Source: Octopus vulgaris
Taxonomy: Eukaryota
Assembly: GCA_951406725.2 (NCBI GenBank)
Contig: OX597817.1
Coordinates: 3,720,001-3,784,000 of the forward strand
Length of the DNA: 64,000 bases
Reading direction: 5' to 3'
In this document: positions 1 to 14,600 of the stretch, piece after piece
Layout of the letters: each line of letters starts with the position of its first letter
Position numbering within the stretch: the first letter of the stretch is position 1
Notes under the pieces: generated by a model
The model's input: only the letters and a program-made list of their open reading frames with translations
Database searches by the model: none
Told to the model about the DNA's origin: nothing
Translations under genes and position numbers: made by a program

Positions 1-249
1 TAATCTCTAGGTTAGCAACATGATTTTCTCTGTAGGCTTCGTATTTTCGAAATAAGGATTTAAATTTAATATATTTGATGGTTATTTAGCAGTTAATGAC
101 GTCTTTTATGTCGTCTTTTATGTTAAGATCTTTTGCTCTCTTAAGGATTTCTAGTAATGTGAATGTGAGAATAAATGGCGATATTTTCATAAATAAGATG
201 TATCATATGCGTGCATATATATTATAGAACTTATATTATATCGTCGCAT

Positions 250-2000
250 TGGTAAATTTGAGGAGAGACGATCGGAACGTCAATACACCTCGGTTGGGCG
301 ACTTCAGGTTCCTTAAAATTAAATGGCCTGCAGGCAACATATGCCATGTTACGAACGAAATCCAGCTGGATATGTACTTGATTTCACTAAAATTATGTTC
401 ACGAAATAAACAATAATGTAAGGTACCAGGAGCAACGATATCTTGAACGTGCTTTACCAATAACATGGAATCCATTCACAATGTGAAGTGACGGCACCGA
501 TTTTCTCAGGCTATAACATACTAACTCTAACAAATCGAAAATGTCTATCACACAGAAAGCACCCAAATCCTATCCAGTCTGAACTAGTACAAAACAGACA
601 AGAAATCAATTTAAGAAGTAATGTTGAAACAAAATTTGCCCCAAAGTGTCACTATACCAAACAATGATGTCTCGATAATGCATTAAATTTGCTCCAGAGG
701 GAAAAGCAGAGAGAAACAAAAACATTATTTCGGAAAAGAGGCGAGTCATTATGAGAGGAAATATAAGCTTTTGAATCGGTTAAATAAGCAAATGAATGAT
801 AACGAGGCGCCTCGCTTTCAAAAGGCTCTTTCCGAGATTGAAAACAACCTCAAATTATCCCATGAAAAAAGAGGGAAGAAAGAGAAACTAAAGCAGTTTA
901 AAATAAACAAACCCTACAGAATTCTACAACTTTAGAAAAAAATCTGTTTCGGTGTGTCACATGATAGAGCCAGTGTTTGAAGAAAATGGCTCAATGACTG
1001 TAAATCCTAAAATGGTGAGTGAAATATTAACTAATTCCAAAGTGATTTTATTTCTCATTGGGAGATATGCAAATAAGTAAGCTTCAAAAGTTTTCAACAG
1101 TACTTCTCTACAAAGAGAAGTGCAATCGAACGATTACATCGATAGAAAAGAGAAAGATGTAAATATCATTCACTGATCAGATGAAATTGAAATCAGCAAC
1201 GGACACTGGTGGTTTCCTAGAGAACTTTTAATGACATGCAAAATTATCTGCAAAACCACTGCAGATAATTTTAAGAGGTACACTATGCTCTATCCATGAA
1301 GGAGGAAGCAGAGAAGATGATAAAAATTTCAAGCATATTTCACTCATCTTACACATCTGTAGTGCGATAGATTGATGGAATGTACAATCTACAGGAAGCT
1401 GATGACATTCATATAAGTAAACGGCTTGCCTACTGATATGCACCACGGCGTCCATCCAGGAAAGAGCTATCTCAAAAAACTACTACAGCATTATAATTGA
1501 CTACTGAAACACCAGCTCAGCCATTCAAATGTGGATTACGGAATGTTCCAAACTGCGTTATCTCGGCATAGTTGGAAAATGGAATGTCAGAAGCAGTATT
1601 TAGGCAATTTCAGCTAAAAGTATTTATTCTGAGGGGAAGAGAGAAAGATAATACCATCGAAGAAGTATTAATTGACGAAACATCTATTCATATCATAGTA
1701 CCTCAAATAAGTGTACTGCGACCACTCCCGCTTGTGGTGGATCTCCAGTGCTCCTGGTCACATGGTCAGCTACTGTCCCCTGCCACGCTGATGATAAATT
1801 TATCACATGCAGAAACGAATCCTGATGATAACGCCAAGGACCTGCTGCATCATACAAGTGAGCTGAAGAGACAAATGCAGTTCAAAGCTGAAAATCTTCA
1901 AGAGAGCTGATTTCAGCTCACGAGTTGATTGCAGTCAGGGATTACACAGGAAAAACGGGTATTGTCAGCTCGGTATCACAACCAGTGCGTGATCTCGGGT
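250..2000 (+). mobile_element. Highly degenerate CR1/L2-like LINE relic (APE endonuclease to RT)
   Basis: LGDF-like APE motif at ~294-305. 1490-1535 resembles 12500-12550 (cattataattgactactgaaacaccagctcagccattcaaatgtgga vs cactatgatctgggggctgaaacggctgctcaaccactcaaatgtgga). 1976-2000 resembles 13036-13058. Many stops and indels. Confidence 0.65.
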
Positions 2001-4088
2001 TAGTTTCTAAGTTTAGCAGTCATATCAGCTCGGGTATATAACAAATACGAGAAAAGGCTTTTCAGCCATTCTTCCTTTTTTGCAATTGTTTTTCGCATTG
2101 TGAGACGACAAAGTATCATTTAGGATTATTTGTCTACTTTTTCTCGCAAGTCATGATACTGCATATATGATTCCATGTGGAGTCATTGTTGTTGAATGTT
2201 ACTGAATTAAACGCGTTTTTAATCGCTTCCTTTGAATTTCTTTTTTTCTGCATATTTAATTTGAAGGAATAAAGTGAGAGAACAGAACGAGAGGAAGACA
2301 AATTTTAAAGGTTGAAGAAACCATTAAAGAGTACAAGGAGTTAGTCTCACTTTTTGTTTCTTATTGAAGTCTGTTTTAAAGCTGAATATGAAAAGAAGAA
2401 AAGTGATATTGTGGTGTATTAATGAAAAAAAAAATTTGATTATAGATGGAAAAGATTTGAAATCAGGAACACACCTGGTTTCTAATTTAGTTATTATTCC
2501 CATGAAAGGCTTGAAAGAGAAGGTCTATGAGACTGGTGGAAGTGGTTACCATCGTGAAGGCGTGGCAGAAAGTCTAAAAGTTTCAACAGTGGCGTGAAGG
2601 AAAGCTTCAAGTTCTTCAATCATCTAAGAAATCAACAAAAGACTGATAATAAAATGAAGCAAATAAAAAATAAAGCGACAATAACAAAAATATCTGGAAT
2701 AGTCAAAAGAAGTGTAAAAACATTAAGCAAATAATAAAAGAGGGAGAAAAAATGGTGATTATCGTTGTCGATAAGTACCAGTAATAAATTGTTGATAAAA
2801 TCGAGTGTACCATTTCCCCAGCATTGAGGCTTTCTCTCTGCTAGAAATCAATATTGTTGCTATCCTGCAAGCAGTGGATTGGCAACATTAGACGTCTGTT
2901 GCATTGTGTATATAATATCACTCTTTTTTAGTTTTTATTTCGGTTTCCACCAAGGACAACACCACCATTCATCTTTCCGGAGTCGACAATATAGATACCA
3001 GTCAAGAATGGAATTGGTTGATCTTAATCAACGATACTCTTCACCCAAAATTTAAGGCCTTGTGGCTATATTAGAAATTAAATTTATTTCTATCCTCGGT
3101 CGCCGGAGAGAATATATCTACCAATTACTCCAGACTGCAGAAAGAGAGTTGATAGCACACTCTCTCAGGACACTCCCCACTCAAACACGCTATAGAGGAA
3201 AGTAAGAACTCAAAAGAAGAAGAAGAAAAAAAGAGGTTACTGATTAAACTATAACCGTTGTTGTTCTCTTTTTTGTTTTGAGAAAAAGAAAGATCTGACA
3301 ATACGTATGGTTTTCCTGAGCAAATAAAAATCCAATTGCCAATATATGAATTGTGACCATTGGAAACAATGCACTGGGTTAGTTCTTGTTACCTTGACTC
3401 ACTCAGTTTCATATATTGCATTAAAGAGGGAAGAATGTGTAAATATGGTGTCCGGTCAATTCGTCGACGGCAATTTGTAGTCGTTTAATTTGTCACCAGT
3501 CAATTCGTCGTTGGTCAACTCGTCCCCAGGTCAATTCGTCGTCAATCAATTTGTTGAGCTCATAAGAAAAATGGAAGAAAGAATATCTGAATTAAAAAAA
3601 AAACGTTTATTTTAAGGTTTGCTGTATTACATATTTATTTTACTTTTAAAATTAAGATTGTATGCAATTGCTTTTAGAAATATAATTTTTAGGCTTGGAT
3701 CATATTTTTCTAAGACATTTTTTATGTGCATGTTGATATCTTTGTATTTTTTCGTTTTGGTTTGGTTCTTCTCCTTGCATAAACTTCTGCAATTTGGTAC
3801 TGGCAAGTTATACATCGATCCCACACATTTCATATAGGTAATGGAAATGGAGTTTCAAGGCGTCACCTTCTTTATCCTCTTCCTCTAGGTAGTCCTATAT
3901 AATTACTTTCAAAATAAAATTCAATTGACTGTGGAATATCATGATCATCTAGAAGTTGTTCATATACATCTACAATATTATCAATCGGCAGGAAAGCAAG
4001 AGCAACAAAACAACACATTTTTAGACAAAAAATTTAATGTTCGTGATTTTTGCATTTTAGTCCTTCTTGCACAACATGCTTGTACACA

Positions 4089-4457
4089 GATCTATACTTA
4101 AGAGATGAGAAATTATGTACATTATTTACATTTGACGGATATTTGTCCTCATCTTATTTGTTGTTAACACAACGTTTCGGCTGATATGCCCACCGGTATA
4201 TAGCGTAGTGGTTAAGAGCGCGTGCTACTAACCCCAAGATTGCGAGTCGATTCTAGGCAGTGATCTGAATAACAGCAACAACAACAACAATAATTATAAC
4301 ATCGAAAAAACCTTAGGAATGAGAACCCAAGTTCGAAATTTCCCCAAGACACCTGATGAAGGCCGGAGGGTATATTAGCCGAAACGTTGAGTTGACAACG
4401 AACAATATGAGGACAAATATCCGTCAAATGTAAATAATGTAAATAATGTATTTCTGA
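4089..4457 (+). mobile_element. Non-autonomous element: inverted partial 3' repeat + tRNA-derived head + hammerhead ribozyme
   Basis: ~4110-4187 is the reverse complement of 4372-4450. A-box TAGCGTAGTGG at 4201 and degenerate B-box GAGTCGATTC at ~4244. HHR core at 4353-4388. TSD-like CTTGTA(C/T)ACA at 4079-4088 and 4458-4467. Confidence 0.75.
4348..4393 (+). ncRNA. Type I hammerhead ribozyme (minimal, PLE-type)
   Basis: gacac-CTGATGA-a-ggc(cggagggtatatta)gcc-GAAAC-GTT-gagtt. The inverted copy at ~4165-4187 reads GAAACGTTGTGTT, which restores stem I gacac/gtgtt. Confidence 0.7.
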
Positions 4458-5350
4458 CTTGTATACATTTTGTTCTAAATGAAACGAGCAGCATGCAAAA
4501 GTCAACCTTGGAAACTATTCTAGAAATTTGTTATGGGCTGCTTCTTCGAAATCCATAATTATATTATCAGGGCCCTTATTCGGCTGTAATTCATTTATTT
4601 TAGCAAAAAGTCTGATTTATGTATCATGACTTTTGTCAGAGAGCAATGCGAACAAACGTGGGGCATTAAACTTATCAATTTGAATGTGACGTATATATAA
4701 CTGAAAACATATTCTAGAGCAGCATTTAAATCTTCCATCTGCCGCCCAGTTCTTGCGCTGTTTAACTGTCGAAGTGCTTCATCATTTGCAAATATTGGTA
4801 TTCGTTTTGTACCTTCCTTATTGCTGTCATTCTGTAAAAACGTTTCATCATTGCCAAGGTCGGAGTATTCACTTGGAATGGAAAACCCAGCATTTGTAAG
4901 TAGAGTGGCAGGATAGTTGGAATCAGCTTACCTCCAAGCTAAGCAAACGGAGGTTTTTGCGACAATGAACAGTCGTTTAAATTCTGAACTTCACTAGCGA
5001 TAAGTAAGCGAGTAGCAACACGAGATGAAATATTTGAAACTATTCTCCTTGCATTTACCTCTGCAGCATTTGAAGCGGGATTATGGATCCCAATCTTCTT
5101 AAGCTCTTTATAATTTTCATCTGTATGAAATGGCACCTTGCACACATGATTTTCGCACCTGCAGTATACCTTCAATCCATCTGCATTCTGCTTATTTTTT
5201 GTGTATATATCATTTTCTTGATCGACCACTTTGATTTTACCTTTCTCAGAAGTTATGATATTGAAGATAGTCATGTTGATGAGTAGGCGTATTGAATAAA
5301 TCTTTGTTCGTAAACTGTTCAGCCCAGATACTTGAGAGATAGATTGTTAG

Positions 5351-5410
<60 letters not shown>

Positions 5411-6671
5411 CGGTGTTAAAGAAAGGGAAAAATATCTAAAATTTCCCAATGACAATTTTAATTCTAAAGTGATTGTTCTAAACTTTCCCTTGAAAATCAC
5501 ATTTAAAACTATTTTAGCACGAATTGGCCAGCGATGAATTCACCTGGGAAAGAATTGATTAACGATGAATTGACCGGGAACGAATTGTTTAGCACCGTAA
5601 ATATACGTACCGGTGAATATTTTTGCGAGTTCGGTTAACTACCTAATGACCAACAGCAACACTCGATGCAAACACTCGCCTACCTGGAAGACTACGAAAT
5701 TTAACTCTCGTTTGAGGTAAGAGAAAACTTTCTAGAACCAGATGGAATGTTCGGGAGGAAAAGCAATCAAGGCACTGATGTGGGAATGGTTAGACATCTT
5801 TAAAGCGTGGAAGCTTTCCACGAGATATTTCTTTTATTAATGTTGGTAGGTTACTATGATCACGTCTTAGATTTCCGCAGTTGTGTATGAGTAACTGAAA
5901 GCTTTTTAGATATGCTCAAACAATTTATTTATTACTAGATAAGAATAGTGTATGTTATCCATTATTTCGCATAGTTAACTACATAGACATTAAATTTGCG
6001 ATAGTAGTTCAAATCAAATGGATTTCAAAATAGTGTTGACAAATTAACATTAGGCAAAATGTTGCCTAATGTGTGAAAACATAGCTGGTTTTGCTCTCTT
6101 CTTCAAAGGTCAGATCACAGCATTAATCAGTGGGTTTTATAGTGTGCTCATTGCCAGAAAATTGTAGACTAAACAGGGAGTTATAAAGAAAGTACATAGA
6201 GATTGTGAGAAACGAAAACAAAGAAAGAGCTGTAAGGAAAATCGCCACCGACACACTAGCAGTTAGAGTGACCCTCTCCAATTTTTCAACGCTAGTCTCG
6301 AATGGTGCGTTGTTTGAATTCGGGCGCATGCTCCTTGACAACAAAATACGACAGCTCTTTGACAAGCTTAGTAAACAAAGGTATAAATTGGAAATAAATT
6401 TACGAGATAGATTTTCACAATTAGCGAAATGTTTGATGGTAATTTTATCTGAAGATGGAGAGTACAAAGCCTACTTTGAAATGTAAGTAAAGGAACTAGA
6501 TTGCCTGGAAAGGGTATGTAATAAACATCTGTAGTAAGGGTAGTAATGAGATTTTACGCAAGAGCAAATTATTAGGGTTGAACGGGCAGCACTACGGATG
6601 TATTAATTACTCAAATAGAATAACGTACTTATAGCTTTTGTTTTGGCTGATGTGTTTACCAAGAGTGAAGA

Positions 6672-7040
6672 GTAGGTGTGGCTGTGTGGTAACAAACTAG
6701 ATTTCCAACTACATGATTCCTGGTTCACTTGTACTGTGTGGGACCGTGGGAAAGTGTCTTCTACCTTAGACTCGGGCCGATCAAAGTCTTATGAATGGAT
6801 TTGGTTGGCGGAAACTGAAAGAAGCCCATCGTATATGTATGTGTGTGTGTATGTGTGTGCGTGCGCGCGTGTTTGTGCCTCTGTGTGTGTGATCCAGCGG
6901 TTCGGCAAAACAGACTGATAGAATAAGTATTAGGCTTAAGAAAATGTCCTTGGGTCGATTTCCTCGACTGAAAACTTTTCAACGCGATGCCCCAGAATGG
7001 CCGCAGTCAAATGACAGAAATAAGTAAAAGACAAAAGAAC
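6672..7040 (+). mobile_element. tRNA-derived SINE family A (CORE-like, internal microsatellite, LINE-type tail)
   Basis: Aligns to copies at 62411-62880 and 41041-41448. Confidence 0.8.
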
Positions 7041-7659
7041 AAAGATAGCAGTTTGAGAGTATTGAAAGAAGGGGATAATTACACTGTTGAAGAAAAATAA
7101 GGTTAAAAAAGAACATATTTTTAAGTTTTGGATAAATGCACGATGAATAATAGCAGCTAAAAGTTGGCGGTTGTCATCAGTAATCACATTAGACCAGCCC
7201 AAAATAGTGCAATGACATAAAGATATATATAAAAAAAAAAATAACCTCTTGTGAAATACAATGTAGGAAATCTAAAGTAAATCTGGCTTTTGTGGGGCTC
7301 TGGGCTAAATTAACTAAAGGTCCACTTAAAACAGATTTACATTTGACTACTAATATTGTATATCCAAAATGAAAGTGGTTGAAAATGCTAGAGAAAATTG
7401 AATGAGAAACATCTTTATAAGTATAATTTAATGCGGAAGCTGAAAATAGTGACAAAAAAAATGTTAGTATGAGCTAGAACGTTTTGACGACCAAAATAGC
7501 AAGAATGAAAATATATTAGAAATATCTGGGGAAAGTTGTACTAATACAGTTCTATATTTAAGAGATGAGGAATTGTGTACATTATTTACGTTCTGAGTTC
7601 AAATTCTGCCGAGGTCGATTTTGGCTTTCATTCTTTTGGTAGCAATAAAATAAGAAGAT

Positions 7660-7960
7660 GATGGTAGTTCTTTGTGTTCGAAGGTCATGAGGAAGAGCAA
7701 CAATCTCTCAAATGTCTAAGTAAACCGATCCCTGAATGATAGGTCCTGGTGCATTGGGCAAATATATCGAATTTGATCAGTCAGGGGGCGTGACAAAATT
7801 TCTTTGTCTTTTCCTCTTCCATTATTTAATCTTCTTGTAGTACCCCAAGGTATTTGTATCCTTCATTGTTCCATAGCCATCTAGTGATGTTATCTTGTGA
7901 TAATTTTGATGCCATCAGAATTTCTTTTGTGGTATCTTTGCTGAATTCAGTAAGCTGTTT
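7660..7960 (-). mobile_element. Degenerate non-LTR (R4/Dong-like) RT fragment
   Basis: YKYLG-like motif (tacaaataccttgggggtacta) on the minus strand. Confidence 0.35.
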
Positions 7961-8397
7961 GGATCAGAGAATCTTGTTCATTTTTACTTTTTGTATGTAG
8001 TTTGAGGTCATCTATATAAAGCAAGTTATCTATTTTAATCTTAGTTTTGGTAAACTAACAGGCAAGCTAGGACTTCCTCAGTGTAATTTTCCGACGTTTT
8101 AGTGAAATGACGAAGGGTAGTGGAGAGAGGGTATCTCCTTAGAAAATTTCCCTGCGTATTTTCAGGTTTCCTAGCGATTCATTGGCACATGTCTGTTCTA
8201 TTTCTCACCCTTTCATTGCTCCACCCCCCAAAGCTATTTATCTTCATTGGCTCCGAGCATCCTCAGGCACTCCAAGAGTCGGCAGTGCAGATTATTGTCG
8301 TATGCCTTCCTCTATTCTATCCAGCGAACTACTAAATTCTTCTTTCTTATGACACAAAAATGTGTGAGTAGTATATGAAATGTTTGTGCGGGGGCTA

Positions 8398-8735
8398 CTT
8401 GTTTGTTTGTTTGTTTGTTGAGCGTCTCAGGACTGTCTGCAGTTCAAAATGTGGTCCTTTGCTATTCGTAAGACCCGCAGAAGAGAAAGCAGGTCAACCC
8501 TCGACAGCGAGAGCATCGACGAATGGATGAATGCGCATCCAGGCTCAGGAAGGAAAAGTGAAAGAAAGTTGGAGCGAAAGAGTACAACAGGGATCGCCAC
8601 CACCCCCTGCCGGAGCCTCGTGGAGCTTTAGGTGTTTTCGCGCAATAAACACACACAACGCCCGGTCTGGGAATCGAAACCACGATCCTCCGATCGCTAG
8701 TCCGCTGCCCTAATCATTGGGCCATTGCGCTTCCA
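8398..8735 (-). mobile_element. tRNA-derived SINE family D with (CAAA)n tail
   Basis: Minus strand has A-box TGGCCCAATGA, B-box GGTTTCGATTCCC and a 3' (CAAA)n tail. Imperfect TSD TGCGGG(G/T)GCT(A/G)C. Confidence 0.75.
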
Positions 8736-9724
8736 CTTGCGGGTGCTGCAGACTTTTGGCAGTTTCTCAACATGCTGAATTTACAGATATAAGGAAACTG
8801 TGAAATAGAATAGCTATCTGAGAGTAGTTAAAACTGAATTTCAGACAATATATTCTAATCTTCGTAACTTTGACCGTGTCTCGCACAAGAAACTGGCAGC
8901 ATGGTTCTTGAATGAACCATACATTAAGCACAAATTTGAACTTGACACAAGGCTGCTTAATCATTACAATTTGGAGACGAATTTTTGTCGCAGTATCTCA
9001 AGCCAAATAATAGATGATTAAGTCAGGTTAAATGATTTTATGTGTTTTTTTTAATGACTTATATGCGTCTTCCATGCTGTAATTGTTTTAATTTCAATAA
9101 ATGGTCTCAAATCAAATCATTTGCCAGGTAGGTACATTTCCAAAAGATTGCTTTATAGAGTAGAAATCCATTACGATAAGAAACATGCACTAATTGTCCA
9201 TAACTAAAATTACAAGAATTATTGACATTAATTAATTCTTTGTTATATCTCAGCAATTAAAGTGTATGATTCATTTCCAATTTTTAATGTTAAGAAACAA
9301 TATGTAACTCGGTGCAGAACAAATATCGCAAGAACTTTTTGTTCGGTTTACTTGCCGATGTTTTATTTCATTGAAATAATATGTATGCATGTAGGTGCGT
9401 GCAAAAACGTGTAACTATGGTGTTGGCTTAACGATTATAAAGTCAAGAGTTTGGTTGTTAGATCGATTGGTGTGTTGTATTCTTTTGCAATGTAATTTAT
9501 TTCATGTTCCTCCTGTGTGTTCAGCTAAAGCTAAATATCAATCGGGTACTGGTGCAGCCATCATTAACCTCCGCTGACATACGTTGCATGTTCTTTTGGG
9601 TGGTGAGTGGAAAGCCCAAGAGGTTATTTTGTGACCATTACAACACATATATCTAAGATAATTAGTGAAATTCCGGTACACGCCATCACATGATCCTCTC
9701 TTACATATATATATACATACATAC

Positions 9725-9756
<32 letters not shown>

Positions 9757-9758
9757 AT

Positions 9759-11449
9759 AGATCAATAAATAGTGGGGTTGTGTTGACCGCACGTGGAGAA
9801 ATGATAAGCAAGGAAAAATTGTAAAAATGCAGAATGCTAGATTTAAAGAAAATTTTAATGAAATGGGAAATTGAAAAAATATATAAATATATATTTATTC
9901 AAACCGGTTTTCGTCATAGTTTGACTTATCAAGAATAGTTAGGTGAAAAGGTTTTTTAAAAATGAGAAAGGGGAAAAAAAGTTGCATTGTTTTTTTGCAA
10001 AAGAATAATAATAAATGTGTACAAAAATTAAAAAATAAGTTCTCCGATACATTGTGAGTTCGTTGTGTATCTTGAGTTTAATGATAGTTCACGAAAAAGT
10101 TACCTTGAGGTATTAGGATCCGATGGGATTAAGACCACGTGTTGTTTGGTTTAATTAAGGATGTTGGCAAAAACAGGAAGTAGTAGTAATTGTGGTTCTT
10201 CAGTTCCTGTGTTGTGAATAAGGGGAGACAACTCTTTTGAGTTCTTCAATTTTTGTTTCACAAAATCGCCTGTAATAAAGGCTGCTAATAAACCCCAAAT
10301 TATAAAATCCTTATATATTTGTGTGAGTCCATCCATGAAGAATGAGGTAGAAAAGGGAAAGTTTGATCAACGAGGAGTTTGTATATTAAGTTGTGTTTGG
10401 AATTTTTCAATAAAGAGATTCTCCTTGTTAATTCTCTCCTGTGTGGTGATCCCGTCTTTACATTGGTAGAAGGGGAATATATAGAATTTGGGGTTTAAGT
10501 CTTTAGCACATGAGTCTAAGTGGTCACTCAGTGGAATTTGTCGGTATTCCGGGAGATTTATTTGTTCTTTATGCACCGCTACTCGTTTACGTAACGGGAG
10601 ACTCGTTTGTCCAACATAACTATGTTGGCAACCAGCGCATGTGAGAACGTAGATAAGTTTCTCGGAGGAACAGGAGAAGTTAGTCTTGATTTTAAACTTC
10701 GTACCTTGTTTGAAGGTAAATTCAGAGCCTTCAAGTAGGAGGGGGCAGGTACCACAGTTTGGGCGTGCACATTTTTTTACTGCTGGGGGTGGATGTGGTG
10801 TGTGAAGTTTGGCATTTGTCAAGAGTTTTTTTAAAGATTTGTGTTGCCTTTTACATTTGAGAATTTTGTGTGTATTTATAATGTTTTTCATTTTTGGGTC
10901 TGTTGACAGTAGACTGAGGTTTTGTATGATTGTGGTGTATGCTTCGATATTTTTGGGGTTGTGGGTGGAAATGTATGGAAGTATTTTGAGGTTGTGTGTG
11001 GTGTTAGGTTGGGTAGTTTTCAGTGTAATGTTATCTAGTTCTTTGGCGCGTTTTATTCCATACTCTATAAGGGTGGGGGGATATTGGCGTTGTAATAGTG
11101 ATTTTTGAGGTCTTGAAGGCGTATTTCTCGTGTTTTTGTATCCGAGACAATGGTGCATACCCTTTTAGCCAAATTGAAAGGGATATTTGTCTTGGTGTGT
11201 TTTGGGTGGCACGAACTAAGAGGAGGTATTGTTGTGAGTCTGTGGGTTTGTGGTAGATGTCTGTTATGATTTGGTTCTTACGTGTTTTTATAATTAGGAG
11301 ATCAAGGAATGGGAGATGATGTTTGCTTAATTCCATAGTGAATTGGATGTTGGGATGTATGTTGTTTAGTATGGTTTTGAATTCCAGGAGTATTTCATAA
11401 GGTTCTTTCCATATGATGAAACAATCATCTAAATACCTTTTCCAGTTTT
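9759..11449 (-). mobile_element. Penelope-like element (Neptune-type), 5'-truncated, frameshifted
   Basis: YLDD, LPFLD, CxxxxCxxC linker and GIY-YIG (LIYVLTC..YVGQT). Nearly identical to 26718-28567. Flanked on both sides by (TA)n. Confidence 0.93.
9896..9937 (-). ncRNA. Hammerhead ribozyme, U3-A8 core variant, in Neptune 3' region
   Basis: tattc-TTGATAA-gtca(aacta)tgac-GAAA-accggtT-T-gaata: stems I and II plus palindromic stem III AACCGGTT. Confidence 0.7.
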
Positions 11450-11591
11450 ATACATATATATACATATATATACACATATATATACATATATATATATACA
11501 TATATATACATATATATATATATATACATATATATACATATATATATACATATACATATATATATATATATACATATATATATACATATAC

Positions 11592-11646
<55 letters not shown>

Positions 11647-11807
11647 CATATATATATATACATATATATATACATATATACATTCATATACATATATACA
11701 TATACATACATACATATATATACATACATATACATATATATATATATATATATATACATATATATACATACATATACATACATATACATATACATACATA
11801 TATATAC

Positions 11808-11862
<55 letters not shown>

Positions 11863-11880
11863 CATATATATATACATATA
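11450..11880. repeat. (TA)n/(TATACA) mosaic microsatellite
   Basis: Direct inspection. Confidence 0.95.
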
Positions 11881-12266
11881 TCCGAATGATGTTGGCATCA
11901 CCTTCAAAATGCATCCAAGGCTTGGACCACGTGCCATCCGTCCACAACAAAAATCTAAATCGCATCACATAACGACAATACGGCACAACTATTTCACCTC
12001 AATTGGACCCGCTCTCTTCAACATACACCAGGACACGTCAAAAAGAAACTGACCACACAAAATTCAAGAAGTCTTTGGACAAGTTCCTTCAAACAGTACC
12101 GGACAAACCATCCACACCCGGATATGTCTCCGCAAACAATAACTCTCTGCTCGAATGGGCCTTGGTGCCCAAATCCTGAACTGAAAGACTTCGCCAGGTG
12201 GTGCTATTAAGTTAGACATGGCCTGGGCCAATACTGGCCAAAAACCTTTCTAAGTTATTCTAAGTT
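11881..12266 (+). mobile_element. 3' fragment of a second CR1/L2-like LINE family
   Basis: Encodes ..GPALFN..FKKSLDKFLQTVPDKP..NNSLLEW, homologous to the C-terminus of the 12507 ORF. 3' UTR ggtggtgc..catggcc followed by a (TTCTAAG) tail. Confidence 0.8.
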
Positions 12267-12269
12267 AAT

Positions 12270-13828
<1,559 letters not shown>

Positions 13829-14059
13829 ATATATATAATGCACACACATGTATATTTGAATATTTAGAAAGAAATCTTGATGCAATCATATGTGAAGAAA
13901 TGTTTGCTTGAATTAAAAAATACTGATTATTGAAAAGAAAATCTTTAAAGGGTAGAATGACATAAATTTTGGGGAAATATTTTACTGTAATATGTATGCA
14001 CTTCAACATTTTACTGCATGTTGAAATAGTCATGTTATGGGTTAATCTGTACAGAGATT

Positions 14060-14600
14060 GTTGCTTTTAGTAGCTGTATCGGTGATATCTGGTTTAGTCT
14101 CGGATTTAGTATTATTGTACAACATTCTTTTATCTTTCGTAGTTGATAATTTTCTTTTTTTATTGTGCGAAAAAGGAATATTCAGAATTTTCTATTTGCA
14201 CAATTATCTTGATGTATGGGGGATTTTTCCAACAGATGACACTGGTTTGTTGATAGTGTACCTGGGTCAATAAATTTATTTTGATCCTGTTTGGTCTTTA
14301 TAATTTTCATGGCATTTTTTTTTACTTTGATGCAGTAAATGAAATTATTTTGTGTTGCAATTCATATGTACATTAACCTTCAATCTTCCCCCATTCTCCA
14401 AGATTTAGATCTTGCTCCATTCAATTATTTCAAATTTCTACAATATCTCAGCATTTTCTTGTCTCCATTATTTCTTCTGATATGAACTTCGCCTTTGTTA
14501 AGAGTGATTTTAGATTTCGTGGTTGCTGTCGGCTTTTAATAATTTGGAATTCTGCAATTATTTTCCTGAGATTTCATGAATAGCTTAGGATTGGAAGGTT
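14060..14600 (-). mobile_element. Old degenerate Penelope-like GIY-YIG region
   Basis: Minus-strand remnants resemble KRQPRNLK.LLT.A, NC.TK, Y.DQTG and IPF, colinear with the C-terminus of the 26603 ORF. Confidence 0.5.

Larger units (their letters stand above)
3780..5274 (-). pseudogene. FLYWCH + MULE DDE transposase pseudogene (interrupted by insertion 4089-4457)
   Basis: 4939-5274 ORF is FLYWCH-like (SEKGK..YTKNK..VYCRCE..CK..H..H). Downstream remnants read DGRFK..FQLY..FALLSDK..MDFEEAAH..ACCSFHLEQNVYK and YFESNYIG..RGRG..PFP, typical of MULE transposases. Confidence 0.8.
3447..5596 (-). mobile_element. Mutator-like (MULE) DNA transposon, degenerate, with TIRs and 8-bp TSD
   Basis: Termini GGTG..CAATTCG / CGAATTG..CACC with ~15-bp subterminal repeats ((g)tcaattcgtc / gatgaattga). 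GTAAATAT is duplicated at 3439-3446 and 5597-5604. Internal transposase remnants. Confidence 0.85.

Noticed and set aside
3453-3555. CRISPR-like short repeats (tcaattcgtc) with spacers
   Set aside because: Period is only ~15 bp, the array is mirrored at 5520-5590, the context is eukaryotic and there are no cas genes. These are MULE subterminal repeats.
4195-4262. Functional tRNA gene
   Set aside because: Acceptor and T stems do not pair properly and the sequence is embedded in a TSD-flanked element. SINE heads at 8680, 16425, 21270 and 62415 were rejected likewise.
6123-6486. Overlapping ORFs of 93-114 aa
   Set aside because: No recognisable domain or convincing splice signals. Possibly an old TE fragment.
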